A stretch of DNA of 64,000 bases, taken from positions 29,973-93,972 of the forward strand of contig CAVPCP010000025.1 of assembly GCA_963702415.1 (NCBI GenBank), given 5' to 3'. Positions 1 to 10,733 of this stretch are shown one piece after another. The position numbers and the translations under genes were made by a program. The notes under the pieces are model-generated. The model was not told where the DNA came from. It was given only the letters and a program-made list of their open reading frames with translations, and ran no database searches. How positions within the stretch are numbered: the stretch's first letter is position 1; each line of letters begins with the position of its first letter. The DNA comes from an uncultured Bacteroidales bacterium. GTDB taxonomy: Bacteria > Bacteroidota > Bacteroidia > Bacteroidales > VadinHA17.

Positions 1-2426
1 TACCCCCTCCTTACATAAGGACCTGCCATCATTAATATCGAGCGGTGGGCATCAACATGATCGACACCTCCCTGCGGGTCATCTTCTGTAATTATGACCA
101 GCATGTTTTTCCAGTATTTTGTCCGGGATAAAAAGTGCAATATCCTGCCAAGTGCCAGATCGTTATCGACCATGAATGAATGAGGATAAAAGTAGCCATC
201 CTCTGGCCTGATACGGGCTCCGTGATCATTTGGCAACTGCAATGTTACAAGCGAAGGCATCTCTTCGTTTCCGCTTATCCATTTTTCAGTGAATTCCTTT
301 TCAAACTGATCCATTCTGTACTGATCCGGTATATTCATATTGTATCCTGCATAGTTGTGACTTGTCCTGCCGAATAAAGCTTTTTGCATCGGAACCATAA
401 CACCATGTGATGCTCCTGTAAGTGTATCGTACCATTCCTCCCTTACGTGTGCAGTCTCATTGGCTTCACCAAAGTTATAGAACGAAACATTTTCCCTGTC
501 GAGCGCTTCCCAAAGTCCTCCGATTTCAGCATAATCTTCAGGATCAATGCTTCCTGTTGTTCCCGGATGACGCCTTCCCGGAGCATCAGAAAATATCTTC
601 GCAGTTTTTGAAACACTCGAATTCACTTCAACCCATTCATTTGGGATAACTCCCATCATCCAATGGTGGCCGTGGATAGACGCATCACTATCGCAATAAT
701 AGTTATCTGAAAATGCAAACTCTCCGGCCGCTTTATGGTGGTTAGGACTGATTCGGAGACCAGGGAATTTATCTATCATTGATAAAGGAAGCGTATACTC
801 ATTTTTAATGCCATACCGTGCCAGAGTACTGTCTCCATCGGCATTTTTAAGCTGACCGAAAACCTCGTCATAGGTCCTGTTCTCCTTTGTGATATAAACT
901 ACGTACTTTATCGGGGACTCACGCAATCCTGGAAGAGCCGGAAGAGGATTATCAGTATCATCCTTAATGTTCCGGACCATGAAAGTATTTTCAATTGATT
1001 GTTCAGTATAAAATGCCAGTTTGTCTTTGTCAGGCTGACTGACTTTCTGAAAACTACCCAGCTGAATATCGCTTATAAAGTCACCCTGAACCGGGATTAC
1101 GAAATCCTTTCCGCCGTTAGGACCGGCGCCCAGCCCCCTGCATGTGATTATATACAGATTCTCCTCATCCTTCGATAACAATACCCTTGTGGGGCCCCAC
1201 CCTGCAGGTATTAATCCTGTTGTTGTGCCTTTCTGAACATCAATTACTGCAACGGCATTGAAACCCAGAAGAGCCACATACAGGGTTTTTTCATCTTTGC
1301 TCAACGTCAGACCGAAAGGCAGTAATCCCCTGAATTTATCAATCCGGTCATCGACGCTTATCGGTATGTGTCCTGTTATCTTGTGGTTTCTGTAATCAAT
1401 TACTGAAATATTATCATTGGTTGCATTTGACACATAGGCAAACTGTGATCCTGCTGCTATTGAGTTAGGGCTTGCTCCACCAACAATTTCAGCATCTTCA
1501 ATCATTTGTCCTATCTGGTGACCCGTTTTGAATTTATCAGTCACCTGATTGGTTTGCAGGTCAACAGCAAATACACTCATTGCATCAGGATGAAGCGGGC
1601 TTCCGACTCCCGGAACCTCACGCCCTTCAATGACCGTTCCATTTATTGACTCAGGGGTATTATTCCCATAAGGATGATGTGAGATCAGCAATGAATCGTA
1701 GTTTTCAGGGGTGGCACCTGTTATCAGCGGGTATTCATACATCCCGACATTTGCAACGAATGCAGTTTTCTTATCCGGACTTAAAGTAAGGCCAAACGGC
1801 TGCCTTCCTGTCTTTACTGATGCCGTAACCTTTTTTGAGGAGAGATCAATGCGCACCATCCTGAAATTTCCCCTGTCAAGAACCAGCAGTTCATTTCCGG
1901 ATTCGTTTAATACCAGATCAGAGGTGAAACTGTCATTGTAAGTGGTACCATCAGCAACGCCATTCAGAGAAATTGAATCGAGACGCATCAGGGTTTCTGT
2001 ATCATAAACGATTACAGCTCCGTTATCGCCCCCGCTCAGATAGACAGTCCTTGAATCGCCTGCAAAACAAACGCCCAGGTAAGATCCGTTTGATAATGGC
2101 GATTTGATTGTTTTATCATAGCTTGGAACCCTTAAGGAAGTCATCGACTGCAGATCAATTATTGTAAACACACCATCGTGCAGTGTAACAGCTTTTTTGC
2201 CATCGGGCGACAGGGCCATTCCAAAAGGATCATGAGTGATCCTGATTAATTCACCGGCAGGCGTAAGAAATCTTCCGCTGGCAAGAACTGCGGTACCATC
2301 TTTTCTGATGACAGCTGGCATATTCCCGGCCGGTACAGTTAAAATCTCAACCTTTTTGTCAGTGCATCCGGATATGCAGGCTCCGGCAAGAATTAACAAC
2401 AAGAAGAAACGGCTGTAAAAATGCAT
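1..2426 (-). CDS. YncE/YVTN beta-propeller + phosphoesterase (alkaline phosphatase superfamily) lipoprotein, 3' end runs off the window
   Basis: Not in the ORF track because there is no stop inside the window. Manual translation from ATG 2426: MHFYSRFFLLLILAGACISGCTDKK (lipobox), PFGMALSPDGK propeller repeats, PIKYVVYITKENRTYDEVFG and EDDPQGGVDHVDAHRS. The three checked segments are in one frame. Confidence 0.85.
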   Translation of the reverse strand, partial: MHFYSRFFLLLILAGACISGCTDKKVEILTVPAGNMPAVIRKDGTAVLASGRFLTPAGELIRITHDPFGMALSPDGKKAVTLHDGVFTIIDLQSMTSLRVPSYDKTIKSPLSNGSYLGVCFAGDSRTVYLSGGDNGAVIVYDTETLMRLDSISLNGVADGTTYNDSFTSDLVLNESGNELLVLDRGNFRMVRIDLSSKKVTASVKTGRQPFGLTLSPDKKTAFVANVGMYEYPLITGATPENYDSLLISHHPYGNNTPESINGTVIEGREVPGVGSPLHPDAMSVFAVDLQTNQVTDKFKTGHQIGQMIEDAEIVGGASPNSIAAGSQFAYVSNATNDNISVIDYRNHKITGHIPISVDDRIDKFRGLLPFGLTLSKDEKTLYVALLGFNAVAVIDVQKGTTTGLIPAGWGPTRVLLSKDEENLYIITCRGLGAGPNGGKDFVIPVQGDFISDIQLGSFQKVSQPDKDKLAFYTEQSIENTFMVRNIKDDTDNPLPALPGLRESPIKYVVYITKENRTYDEVFGQLKNADGDSTLARYGIKNEYTLPLSMIDKFPGLRISPNHHKAAGEFAFSDNYYCDSDASIHGHHWMMGVIPNEWVEVNSSVSKTAKIFSDAPGRRHPGTTGSIDPEDYAEIGGLWEALDRENVSFYNFGEANETAHVREEWYDTLTGASHGVMVPMQKALFGRTSHNYAGYNMNIPDQYRMDQFEKEFTEKWISGNEEMPSLVTLQLPNDHGARIRPEDGYFYPHSFMVDNDLALGRILHFLSRTKYWKNMLVIITEDDPQGGVDHVDAHRSILMMAGPYVRRG

Positions 2427-2547
2427 ACCTTAATTATTACAATCCAAATTAATAATAAATATTCCAGTAAACTCCTGTTTTCCTGGTTGAAATCAGGCAG
2501 AAAGTCTTTTCAATCTTCAATTCATGATAAAAACTGAAAAACTGGGG

Positions 2548-5500
2548 CTAATTTCTCATTAACCGCCGGTATCTTAAGTATGCATTCAGTGAAAGTGAAA
2601 CAAGTACGATAACGGCAATATATACAAATGCCGGTACAGGGACCGGGTCGCCCCCGGCATACGAATGCAGGCCCGAGAGGTAATAGTTAACCCCGAAATA
2701 AGTCATCAGGACTGACGAGAATGCAAAGAGCGACAGCAGGTTAAATGTGTAAATATCTTTCATCCCGGGATATTCCGTGAGTGAATGACAATACTATATA
2801 TAATAATAGTTATCAGCGACCAAGTTTCCTTTGGATCCCATCCCCAGTACCTGCCCCAGGATTCATTTGCCCAGACAGCTCCAAGAAAGGTTCCGATTGT
2901 AAGCAGATAGAGTCCTAATGTCAGTGTCCTGTAGTTTATTACAACAAGCTCATCAATTGTATCCGAGATCCTGTTCATATTACTTTTGTCTGCAAGCGAG
3001 AGCAGTATCATTGTTATTATGCTCAGAATTGCACCCAGACCAAGGAATCCATAGCTCCCCGTAATTACAGATACATGTAGTGTTAACCAGTAGGATTGCA
3101 ACACCGGTACCAGGCTGGTAATCTCAGGATCCATGAAGCTGAGATGAGCGACCATTAGTGTCATTCCTGCAAGCACCGCTGTTGCGGAAAGTGCAAAAAC
3201 CGATTTCCGGCTGAAAATGAAACCTGCAAGGAGTGTAACCCACGAAATGAAAATCATCGATTCATAGCCGTTGCTCATGGGTGAATGTCCGGAAATGTAC
3301 CAGCGAAGCCCCAGTCCAAATGTATGGAAGAGGAATCCTGCAAAAAGATCCCAGCCCATGAATCTTAACAAATAATGAAATTTTGTTTCTGCCTCTTAAC
3401 ACCATTATTATCAGGCCTGTAAGCATAAGAAGGCCTATCGAGGCATAAAAGGGAAAAAGTCTCTCAAAAATCATTAGCCTGTAATACAAATATTCAGCTT
3501 TCGATTTTGAATCAGGAGGCAGATCGTACTTTGCAAATTTCTTCTGATAATCGATCACTGATGTTGTGACCTGTTTTGCGGTCTGAAGGTTATTGGTATG
3601 CAATGCTTCGGCAAGCAAGGGGATAATGTTCTTGAGATAAGTGGAATCTTCCCTGTTCATCGCCGTCTTCAGAGCTTCATCCGGGGAGGCCCAGTTGTGG
3701 GAATCATCATGAAGGGGAAATATCTTAAGGAAATTGCCAGTATAGATCATATACAGTATATTCACCCTCTCGTCGACTTTCATAATTTCCTTATCAGTCT
3801 TTGTCCTTTCACCCGGGGCTTTTGAATACGCTTTATTAATCCCTTCAGTTAGTTTATACGATCCTCCGTTATCAAAATTGACAAGATCAGAAAAAGCAAC
3901 ACGGTTTACGCTGATGCCAAGGCTTTTCTGCAGGTCCTTGTTTGATACCCTGATCATCGGGACATCTTTCCAGTTATCGAAATCGAGATAGACACCAAGA
4001 AATACCTGCATTGGGGTAAATCCATCCAATTTGCTTTCCCTGGCAACTTTTCTCAGAATGTCATTACTGAGAGTGAACAGAGGTTTCGTCCGTCCCTTCT
4101 GATCCTGAACCAGGACCTTTCCAAATTCTTCCGCACTATTTTTATCTGCAACAAGTTTCTGGGCATCTGTAAATCCGGTACCTGAAAACAATAATAAAAT
4201 AACAGCTGCCGTTACTTTCTTTCTCAGTGCAGATTCCCAGCGCCCGGCATTAATATTATTAAAAACAGATTCCCTGTTAAAAAGAGAAAGGATAATAAAC
4301 AGAACCAGCAATCCGTAGCCTGTATAAGTCACCAACATACCTGCCCGATCGTTATTAACCGACAGAATTGTACCCATTTCATCAGGATCATAAGATGACT
4401 GGTAAAAGCGATAACCTTTGTATTTCAGAATATTATTCATAAAGACTGTATAAGGCTTTTCAATGTTTGCTGCCTTATCTATCAGAACCACCTCGCTTTT
4501 ATAGCCCGATGGGCTGTTTGAACCCGGATACCTTTCAATCTGAAAATCATTCAGCCTTAATGAGAATGGAAGGGAGACTTCTGCTGACCCATATATTATT
4601 TCAAGGGTTTTATTATCAAAGTATACTGACTCTGAAACACGATTTACATCTGCATTATCCCATAAATTTATTGTTGAGACTATTTCATCGCCTGAATGAA
4701 GATTGAAAGTAAACAGGTTCTTCCCTGTCTCCTGATGATTGATGTCGACCGAAACAGTTTTTAAGATCCCTTTTAATGACATCTCCTGGGGCACAATTCT
4801 CAAGCCTTTGACTGTAATGATCTGCATCTGCTTTAATTCGGCCGTAACGCCCGATATCGACCGGTAAGGTTTCACGGGTCATCATATTGGTCAGGTCAAA
4901 CCTGAACTTTGATTTTACGAGGAATGAAACAGAATCATTGAAAAAGGTAATATCGCAATCAGCAGGTGGATTTAAGCCTATGGAGAAATCATTAAAAACA
5001 GTCGATTCGCCGTCTTTCAGGTGTAAGGTTTCCCTTTTAACAGTGTCGGTAACAACTATCGAAATTACCGGCTTCCCCTGGGGAGAATCGGAAACTACCT
5101 CAGCTGCATTCGGCAAAATGCTGGCAAGGATAAGCTTATAATCCCCGCCATCTGATTTTAACTTTTTCTTATATTTTTCAGCAGAAGCAGATCCCATATA
5201 ATATTTCTCTGAACTCTGATCAAGAATATTTCCTGAATTATCTTTCAGGATATAGCCAAGATTTTTATCCGATGAGAAGCATTTATTCTGTTCCTCTCCC
5301 TCCCGGATATGAATTGATCCCTCCCATCCGGTATATCTTGTAATTCCGGCACCTGCAATAATAAGTATGAAAGATAAATGGAATAGTAATATAGTAAGTT
5401 TTGATTTTTTATACAACTTATAAATTATCATCTGTCCTGCCAGATTGACAGCCAGGAGAAGCAATATAAGCTCAAACCATCTTGTATCATAAACAAAATT

Positions 5501-5620
5501 ATATGCTGCTGAGGAGCCATAGTCATTTTCAATAAATGTGGCGGCAGCCATTGATGCAGCAAATACTACAAACAGAATCCCCATAAAGACAGGGGAAAAC
5601 AGATATTTCATTCCTTTCAT
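2548..5620 (-). CDS. ccsA: System II cytochrome c biogenesis protein, fused ResB/ResC (CcsBA), split by 3 frameshifts
   Basis: Four overlapping ORFs join into one protein: ATFIEND/FHLSFILI ResB N-terminus, YRFYQSSYD, and WWD domain WANESWGRYWGWDPKETW with GVNYYLSGLHSY. Breaks near 4860, 3360 and 2761. Confidence 0.9.
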
Positions 5621-5640
5621 AATTTCAAATAGTTAATTCA

Positions 5641-5791
5641 AGTTCCTGGTTTCTGGGTACTTGTTGCTGGTTAAATACTGATTAATAATGGAATTCATTC
5701 TTAAATACTAATTCATCAAATTATTTAGCATATTCAAAATGCACATTTTTAAACACGTCAGCTGAGCAACCAGCAATCAGTATCAAGCAAC
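5641..5791. repeat. degenerate heptamer repeats in inverted arms
   Basis: ttcctgg/ttgctgg units at 5641-5672 are mirrored by agcaacc/agcaatc units at 5764-5791; ttgctggtt pairs with aaccagcaa. Confidence 0.5.
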
Positions 5792-5828
5792 ATTAAGTTA
5801 GTTAATCCTTTATTCAGAATTTTTATTT

Positions 5829-6526
5829 TTATCCTTTTTCCGAAATTTGATGTAGTCTTTTCCCTGTTAAGAATTTTTAAATCCGACAACCTGGTTTTTA
5901 TTAACTCCCAAATCTTCAAATTCTTTAAGAATTCTAACTACGCTTTCCTTAACCATGTTTGTCATTTCACCAAGTTCCTGCCTCGAAAGAATCATCTCAT
6001 ACTCATCTGATCCAAAAACATCATCGGATAAATAGAGTAATACCTCTGCCATCCTTCCGGGCATTTTTTTCTGTGCCAGATTAACCATTCGTGTATGGGA
6101 CCTTAGCGATTTTACACTAATATCCTGAAGCATACTTTCGGCAAAATCGCCATTTACCTTTACAAGATGTTTGAATATATCAAAGCTGATAAAGCATGCC
6201 CTTACGGAAGTCAATGCTGAAACCGAATAGGTATACCTCGAATTGACATAGGCTCCTGGTCCCATGATAAGCATGCCCGGAAGCAAAATACTCATTATAA
6301 AATTCCTGCCATGCAATCCTTCAACATAATTCTTTGCCATGCCCGAAGCAATGAATAAAGCGTTAGAGGAAGGGGATCCCTGTTTAATCAGTATCTCCCC
6401 GGGCTTAAACGTCGCTTCATACCTGTTCTCGTTAACCTGCTGCAATTCTGATTTTGTAAGGTGCTTAAAGTTCTCCCATCTTACCAGACAATTCTCACAA
6501 CTTTCAATTGAATTTGTTCCGGACAT
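5829..6526 (-). CDS. Crp/Fnr family transcriptional regulator (C-terminus apparently frameshifted)
   Basis: cNMP-binding-like domain (FKPGEILIKQG), HTH LSRQELGEMTNMVKESVVRILKEF and N-terminal CxxC. The track ORF ends at 5867, but other frames continue ...LKILNREK..HQISEKG* to 5829. Confidence 0.88.
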
Positions 6527-6604
6527 GATCCTTAAATTAAGGGGTTTAAAAATATAGTTACTAAATGCATAAAAATGGAAACCTCACAAAGATCACTATT
6601 TTAA

Positions 6605-6618
6605 GTGACATATATCAC
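6605..6618. promoter_or_regulatory. Crp/Fnr-type operator GTGA-N6-TCAC
   Basis: GTGACATATATCAC lies in the divergent spacer between the Crp/Fnr gene and the hexaheme cytochrome gene. Confidence 0.65.
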
Positions 6619-6733
6619 CTGATCTCTTTATATCTGTCAATCTTGCATATTGCAAATAGCATGAGCACTGTTAATAAATTAACAATAGTTAATGACTAAA
6701 TTGCATCCGGAAATCAATCTTAAAACCGATATT

Positions 6734-7936
6734 ATGAAAAACCTGTTAAAACTGTTTACCATTTTCTTTTCTGCAGCTCTTCTGTTTTCAGCCTGTGAAG
6801 GACCAATGGGTCCGGCCGGTGCAGACGGATCAGACGGAGCTGACGGAGCTGACGGCACAGATGCAAATGAGACCTGCAAAACCTGTCATAACAGTACAGT
6901 TGTTCAGGCAAAAGCCATTGAATATGAGCACTCGCTTCATTTCACCGGAGAGGCCTTTGAGGAAGGGACGAGAAATAATTGTGCCCCTTGCCACTCTCAT
7001 CAGGGGTTCCTTGATGTTATCAAGAACAATACTCCGGCAACTATTGTTGTGAATCCTACAGATCCCACTAAATATGTAAATAATTATGTGGCGAGCGCTT
7101 CAGCAATTGCTCTGCCCGGAGCGATAAGCTGTTTCACCTGCCACAGTTCACTTCATAAAGAGTATGAATCGACAGAATTCATGCCGCTCGCAACCACAGC
7201 TTCGGTATCAATGACCATGTGGGGCGGATCAAAAAGTATCAATTTTGCACAGACCACCTCGAACCTTTGTGCTAAATGTCACCAGCCAAGACCAATAACT
7301 GCTTCTTCTGGCGCTTTGATTGATTATTCAAAACTGGTTTCAGAACCAGCAACAACTTATTCACTGTCGTCAATATCGTACCGGACTGGTGTTCATTATG
7401 GAACTCATGCTGCGATGGCTGCAGGAGTAGGAGGCATTGAATTCGGAACAGGATATACTAATTCTGCACACGTTGCCGGCGCTTCATGTACGGATTGCCA
7501 TATGGCCACTCCTTCAGGACTTGCCGGAGGACATTCATTTAATGCCACAGGGAATTTTGCAGGCTGCAACACCACAGGTTGCCACACATCAATGAGTTCA
7601 TCAAATGCAACATTCACAGCTGCAACGGCAGATATCACTACCAAGCTTGGTGAACTTGCTGCCGAGATCAATGCTATAGGGGCGGGACACGATATTCTTC
7701 AGAAAGATCCTGTAGATGGGTTATATCATGGATATTTTGATATTTATGATCAATCCGCTAATCCAACCGGATATTGGAAGAATCCGGCAAACGGGACTCC
7801 TGCATTCCCGGCATTAACCAATGCACAGTTTGGCGCAGTCCTTAATTACCAGCTTGTATTCAGGGATGCAAGTAAGGGGGTACATAATTATCCATACATT
7901 AAAAAACTCCTTGAGAACACATTATCTGCGATCTAA
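6734..7936 (+). CDS. multiheme (5 CXXCH + 1 CX4CH) cytochrome c lipoprotein with collagen-like linker
   Basis: Start MKNLLK at 6734; lipobox FSA-C; 7 Gly-X-Y triplets; CKTCH, CAPCH, CFTCH, CAKCH, CTDCH, CNTTGCH; C-terminal DASKGVHNYPY..LL helix. Confidence 0.9.
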   Translation: MKNLLKLFTIFFSAALLFSACEGPMGPAGADGSDGADGADGTDANETCKTCHNSTVVQAKAIEYEHSLHFTGEAFEEGTRNNCAPCHSHQGFLDVIKNNTPATIVVNPTDPTKYVNNYVASASAIALPGAISCFTCHSSLHKEYESTEFMPLATTASVSMTMWGGSKSINFAQTTSNLCAKCHQPRPITASSGALIDYSKLVSEPATTYSLSSISYRTGVHYGTHAAMAAGVGGIEFGTGYTNSAHVAGASCTDCHMATPSGLAGGHSFNATGNFAGCNTTGCHTSMSSSNATFTAATADITTKLGELAAEINAIGAGHDILQKDPVDGLYHGYFDIYDQSANPTGYWKNPANGTPAFPALTNAQFGAVLNYQLVFRDASKGVHNYPYIKKLLENTLSAI

Positions 7937-7957
7937 TTAGAAGTAAATCCTGATAAA

Positions 7958-8002
7958 AAAAACAGAAGGGGCGTTGCATGATGCAACGCCCCTTCTGTTT
8001 TT
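7958..8002. terminator. bidirectional intrinsic terminator
   Basis: Perfect inverted repeat AAAAACAGAAGGGGCGTTGCAT-G-ATGCAACGCCCCTTCTGTTTTT between convergent genes, with A/T tails on both sides. Confidence 0.9.
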
Positions 8003-8026
8003 ATATCCGATTTCTGAAACTGAAAT

Positions 8027-8443
8027 CTATTTCTTGAATGTCCTCATATAATTTACCGTATTCCAGAGATCATCATCCGATAATTTACCTTCATACTTGG
8101 GCATTTCATCCCTTCCGAATTTGGACTTGTAAAAATGTTCACCATCAGTCTGGTTCTGATAAGCTGCACCTGAGAAGTCACCAGGATGACTTTTCAGAGC
8201 TCTGGCTTTAACTCCGTCCCCAAGGCCTGTTTTACCATGACATGAAGCACAATTCTTATCATACAGGGTCTTTCCTGCTTTGTTACTTGCCTCACCTGGT
8301 GCAACGGGATTTTTCATCGTTTTAAAGTTAGCCGGAACATCCCATGGTTTTGGCTGAGTCTGTGCCTCCAGATTCATAGTAATGAAAGAAAGGCCAATAA
8401 CTGCCACTGCTGAACTAATTAAGATTTTCTTAAATGTTTTCAT
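8027..8443 (-). CDS. periplasmic class I monoheme cytochrome c
   Basis: Signal peptide, KNP..GKTLYDKNCASCHG, and distal Met (DEMP). Confidence 0.9.
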   Translation of the reverse strand: MKTFKKILISSAVAVIGLSFITMNLEAQTQPKPWDVPANFKTMKNPVAPGEASNKAGKTLYDKNCASCHGKTGLGDGVKARALKSHPGDFSGAAYQNQTDGEHFYKSKFGRDEMPKYEGKLSDDDLWNTVNYMRTFKK

Positions 8444-8510
8444 AATTTACTGTTTTCTAATTTTTGTTAAATAATACAATAATCGTGCAAATATTAATTT
8501 AATGTCAATA

Positions 8511-9401
8511 TTACAGCTTAGCTTTTTTCTTACTTTCTCTTTTAATTAGAATAAGACTTATGATTGCAAACAGATAGTGCCCCCATACACCTGCAAGAAG
8601 AACTGAGAGTGTAATTATCATCCACCTCGGTGCAGTCTTTGTCCAAAGGGCTCTATGTGATACCGGGGCCTGATTTGCAGAAGGAACGCCCCATTTTATT
8701 TCAACTTTCTTTTCAACATTCCCAAAATCCGGATGTTCTTCAAATTTTGAAATAATTGTAAGATTCCCTTCACTGTCTCCCGGTAAGTCAGATGGAAATT
8801 CAAGGCTGGCAGTCCCGCCTTCATCCAGTGTTGCCTCACCTATGGGCAACAGACTGAACATCCTTGGCACATATATCATCACCACTTCTTCTGAGACCGG
8901 GATGTCTGAGGTATTTTGCGGTGCAACAGCTTTCAGGGAAATAGTTTTAATACTGTCAACCTCCTGTAAAGACATTTCAAGCCTGACATCCTTGATTGAA
9001 AGTTCTGAGTTGGCCGCTTCGATTGTATCGTTCCCATTAAACTCAGTACTGAACATCCAAAGTCCATCTTCATTAATTGGGAGTCTGATATTTTTTGTCA
9101 ATTCCAGGCTGGCAACACCTTTATAATCGGTAAAAACGGTACCCAGTAACTCTTTTCCTTCTGCTTCGGAAAAAAATGATATTTCCATCCCGGGAATGGG
9201 TATTTCCATTCTGTTAAAAGAATAGGTCAGCGTTGTTTTCAGAGACCGCGATTCATCAGTATTCTTAAAGTACTGAAGCTGGATGTATGGACTTATTATA
9301 TTTTCTTCCTGTGATAATATTGGATATGAACCTAATAAAAGAAACAATAAGGCAGTATAAAATATTGATGATCCGTTTTTCATATTAAATACCTTAATCA
9401 T
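8511..9401 (-). CDS. exported protein with C-terminal membrane anchor, function unknown (cytochrome operon member)
   Basis: N-terminal signal, acidic beta-rich body, C-terminal hydrophobic helix and Lys-rich tail; no heme motif; abuts nrfD. Confidence 0.7.
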   Translation of the reverse strand: MIKVFNMKNGSSIFYTALLFLLLGSYPILSQEENIISPYIQLQYFKNTDESRSLKTTLTYSFNRMEIPIPGMEISFFSEAEGKELLGTVFTDYKGVASLELTKNIRLPINEDGLWMFSTEFNGNDTIEAANSELSIKDVRLEMSLQEVDSIKTISLKAVAPQNTSDIPVSEEVVMIYVPRMFSLLPIGEATLDEGGTASLEFPSDLPGDSEGNLTIISKFEEHPDFGNVEKKVEIKWGVPSANQAPVSHRALWTKTAPRWMIITLSVLLAGVWGHYLFAIISLILIKRESKKKAKL

Positions 9402-10710
9402 CTATTTAAGAATTTCCTCAGCGTCGTGTTCCTGCATCTCGGATATTGATACTATAGGGGCTATTTTCGAAATAAGCATGAACAGCATTACAAAAACTGA
9501 AACTCCGGCAAGAGTAAGAGACCATTCAATCCATGTCGGAGAATATTTAATCCATTCTGCCCTTGTATCCTGAACTGGCAGGAACGGTGTTTCAAGTGTT
9601 GGTATTACAATAATGTAACGGTTAACCCACAATGCAAGTACGGCAATAACAGATGCCACAGTAATGTTAGGAATTGTACGGAATTTAGGGAATGCAATTA
9701 TAATTGCGGGAAGCAGTATTCCTATATAATTGGCAAAAATAAAGAGCAAATAATATTCGTTAAAAAGTTTGTCGATCAGAATTGAATCCATTTTTATTGA
9801 TCCGTACCATTTTGTCAGGTAATCACTGAATGTAAAGTATCCGTAAAATGCTGCAATAACTGTAAGCAGGACACCGACATTTACAAAATGACGTTTAGTT
9901 ATATACTCTTCAAGATGATAAATTCTTCTGAATATCCACATTAGTATTATTAGGAGCCCCGTACCTGAAAAGACAGCTGCAATGACAAAGTAAGGACCGA
10001 AAATTGTTGAGTGCCAGCCAGGCTGTAATGTAACACCAAAAATCCAGGCAAGAACTGAATAAACAATAATTGCTATTGCAATTATCATCACCGACATAAT
10101 TGTCCTTGCGTTTGATAACAGCTTTTTTTGTCGTGGAGACCCATCATATCCAAGTGAAAGTACTTTATATAACTTTCTTTTCCATGGGGGAACCCGGAGC
10201 CCGTCGTAGTCGCGTAATATTGCAAAATCCTCAACAAATGAGAGGTACAGATAAATAAAACACCCGAAAAGGTCTGTTATAATTGCTATAACGTCCCATG
10301 TTATTGGTGATTGTATTCTTGGATGAATAAACAGGAAGTATAATCTGTCAAGGCGGCCTATGCAGAAAAAAATAAAAAAAGGACCTATTATCAGCGAAAT
10401 AACAGTAATCAGCTCAGCCATTCTGATTACCGGCTTTCTCCATCCGGTATTGAACAAATGCAAGGACTCCCGAAATAAGTGCCCCCGAATAACTTAACCC
10501 CATAAAAAAGATAAAATTCACTATATAAAAGCCCCAGACAACATTATCGCGCATGCCTGTTACAATATGTCCTTTATCGATCTGCTGTATCAATCCATAA
10601 ATTCCTAAAAGGAAAAAGCCAAGGAAAACTGAAAAGGTAATATACCAGGTTGTGCTGGTACTTTCAATTTCCGGAGTAAGATCTTTAAGAAGTTTTTTGT
10701 CAGCTTGCAT
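9402..10710 (-). CDS. NrfD/PsrC family quinol-interacting membrane subunit (one frameshift near 10460)
   Basis: VTGMRDNVVWGFYIVNFIFFMG (ORF 10414-10710) continues into R.AEL..GRLDR..SPITWD..GWHST..PYFV..A.FSG (ORF 9402-10463); many TM helices. Confidence 0.9.
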
Positions 10711-10733
10711 CCTGAATTATTTTCCGAAGTTTA

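Noticed and set aside
180-2418. Short plus-strand ORFs here, and similar 60-190 aa shadow ORFs throughout the track
   Set aside because: They lie antisense to or out of frame within well-supported genes and carry no recognisable motifs.
6734-7936. NrfA nitrite reductase or OmcS nanowire ortholog
   Set aside because: No CXXCK and no nrfH neighbour. A heme count of six alone does not show OmcS homology, and I recognise no OmcS-specific motifs.
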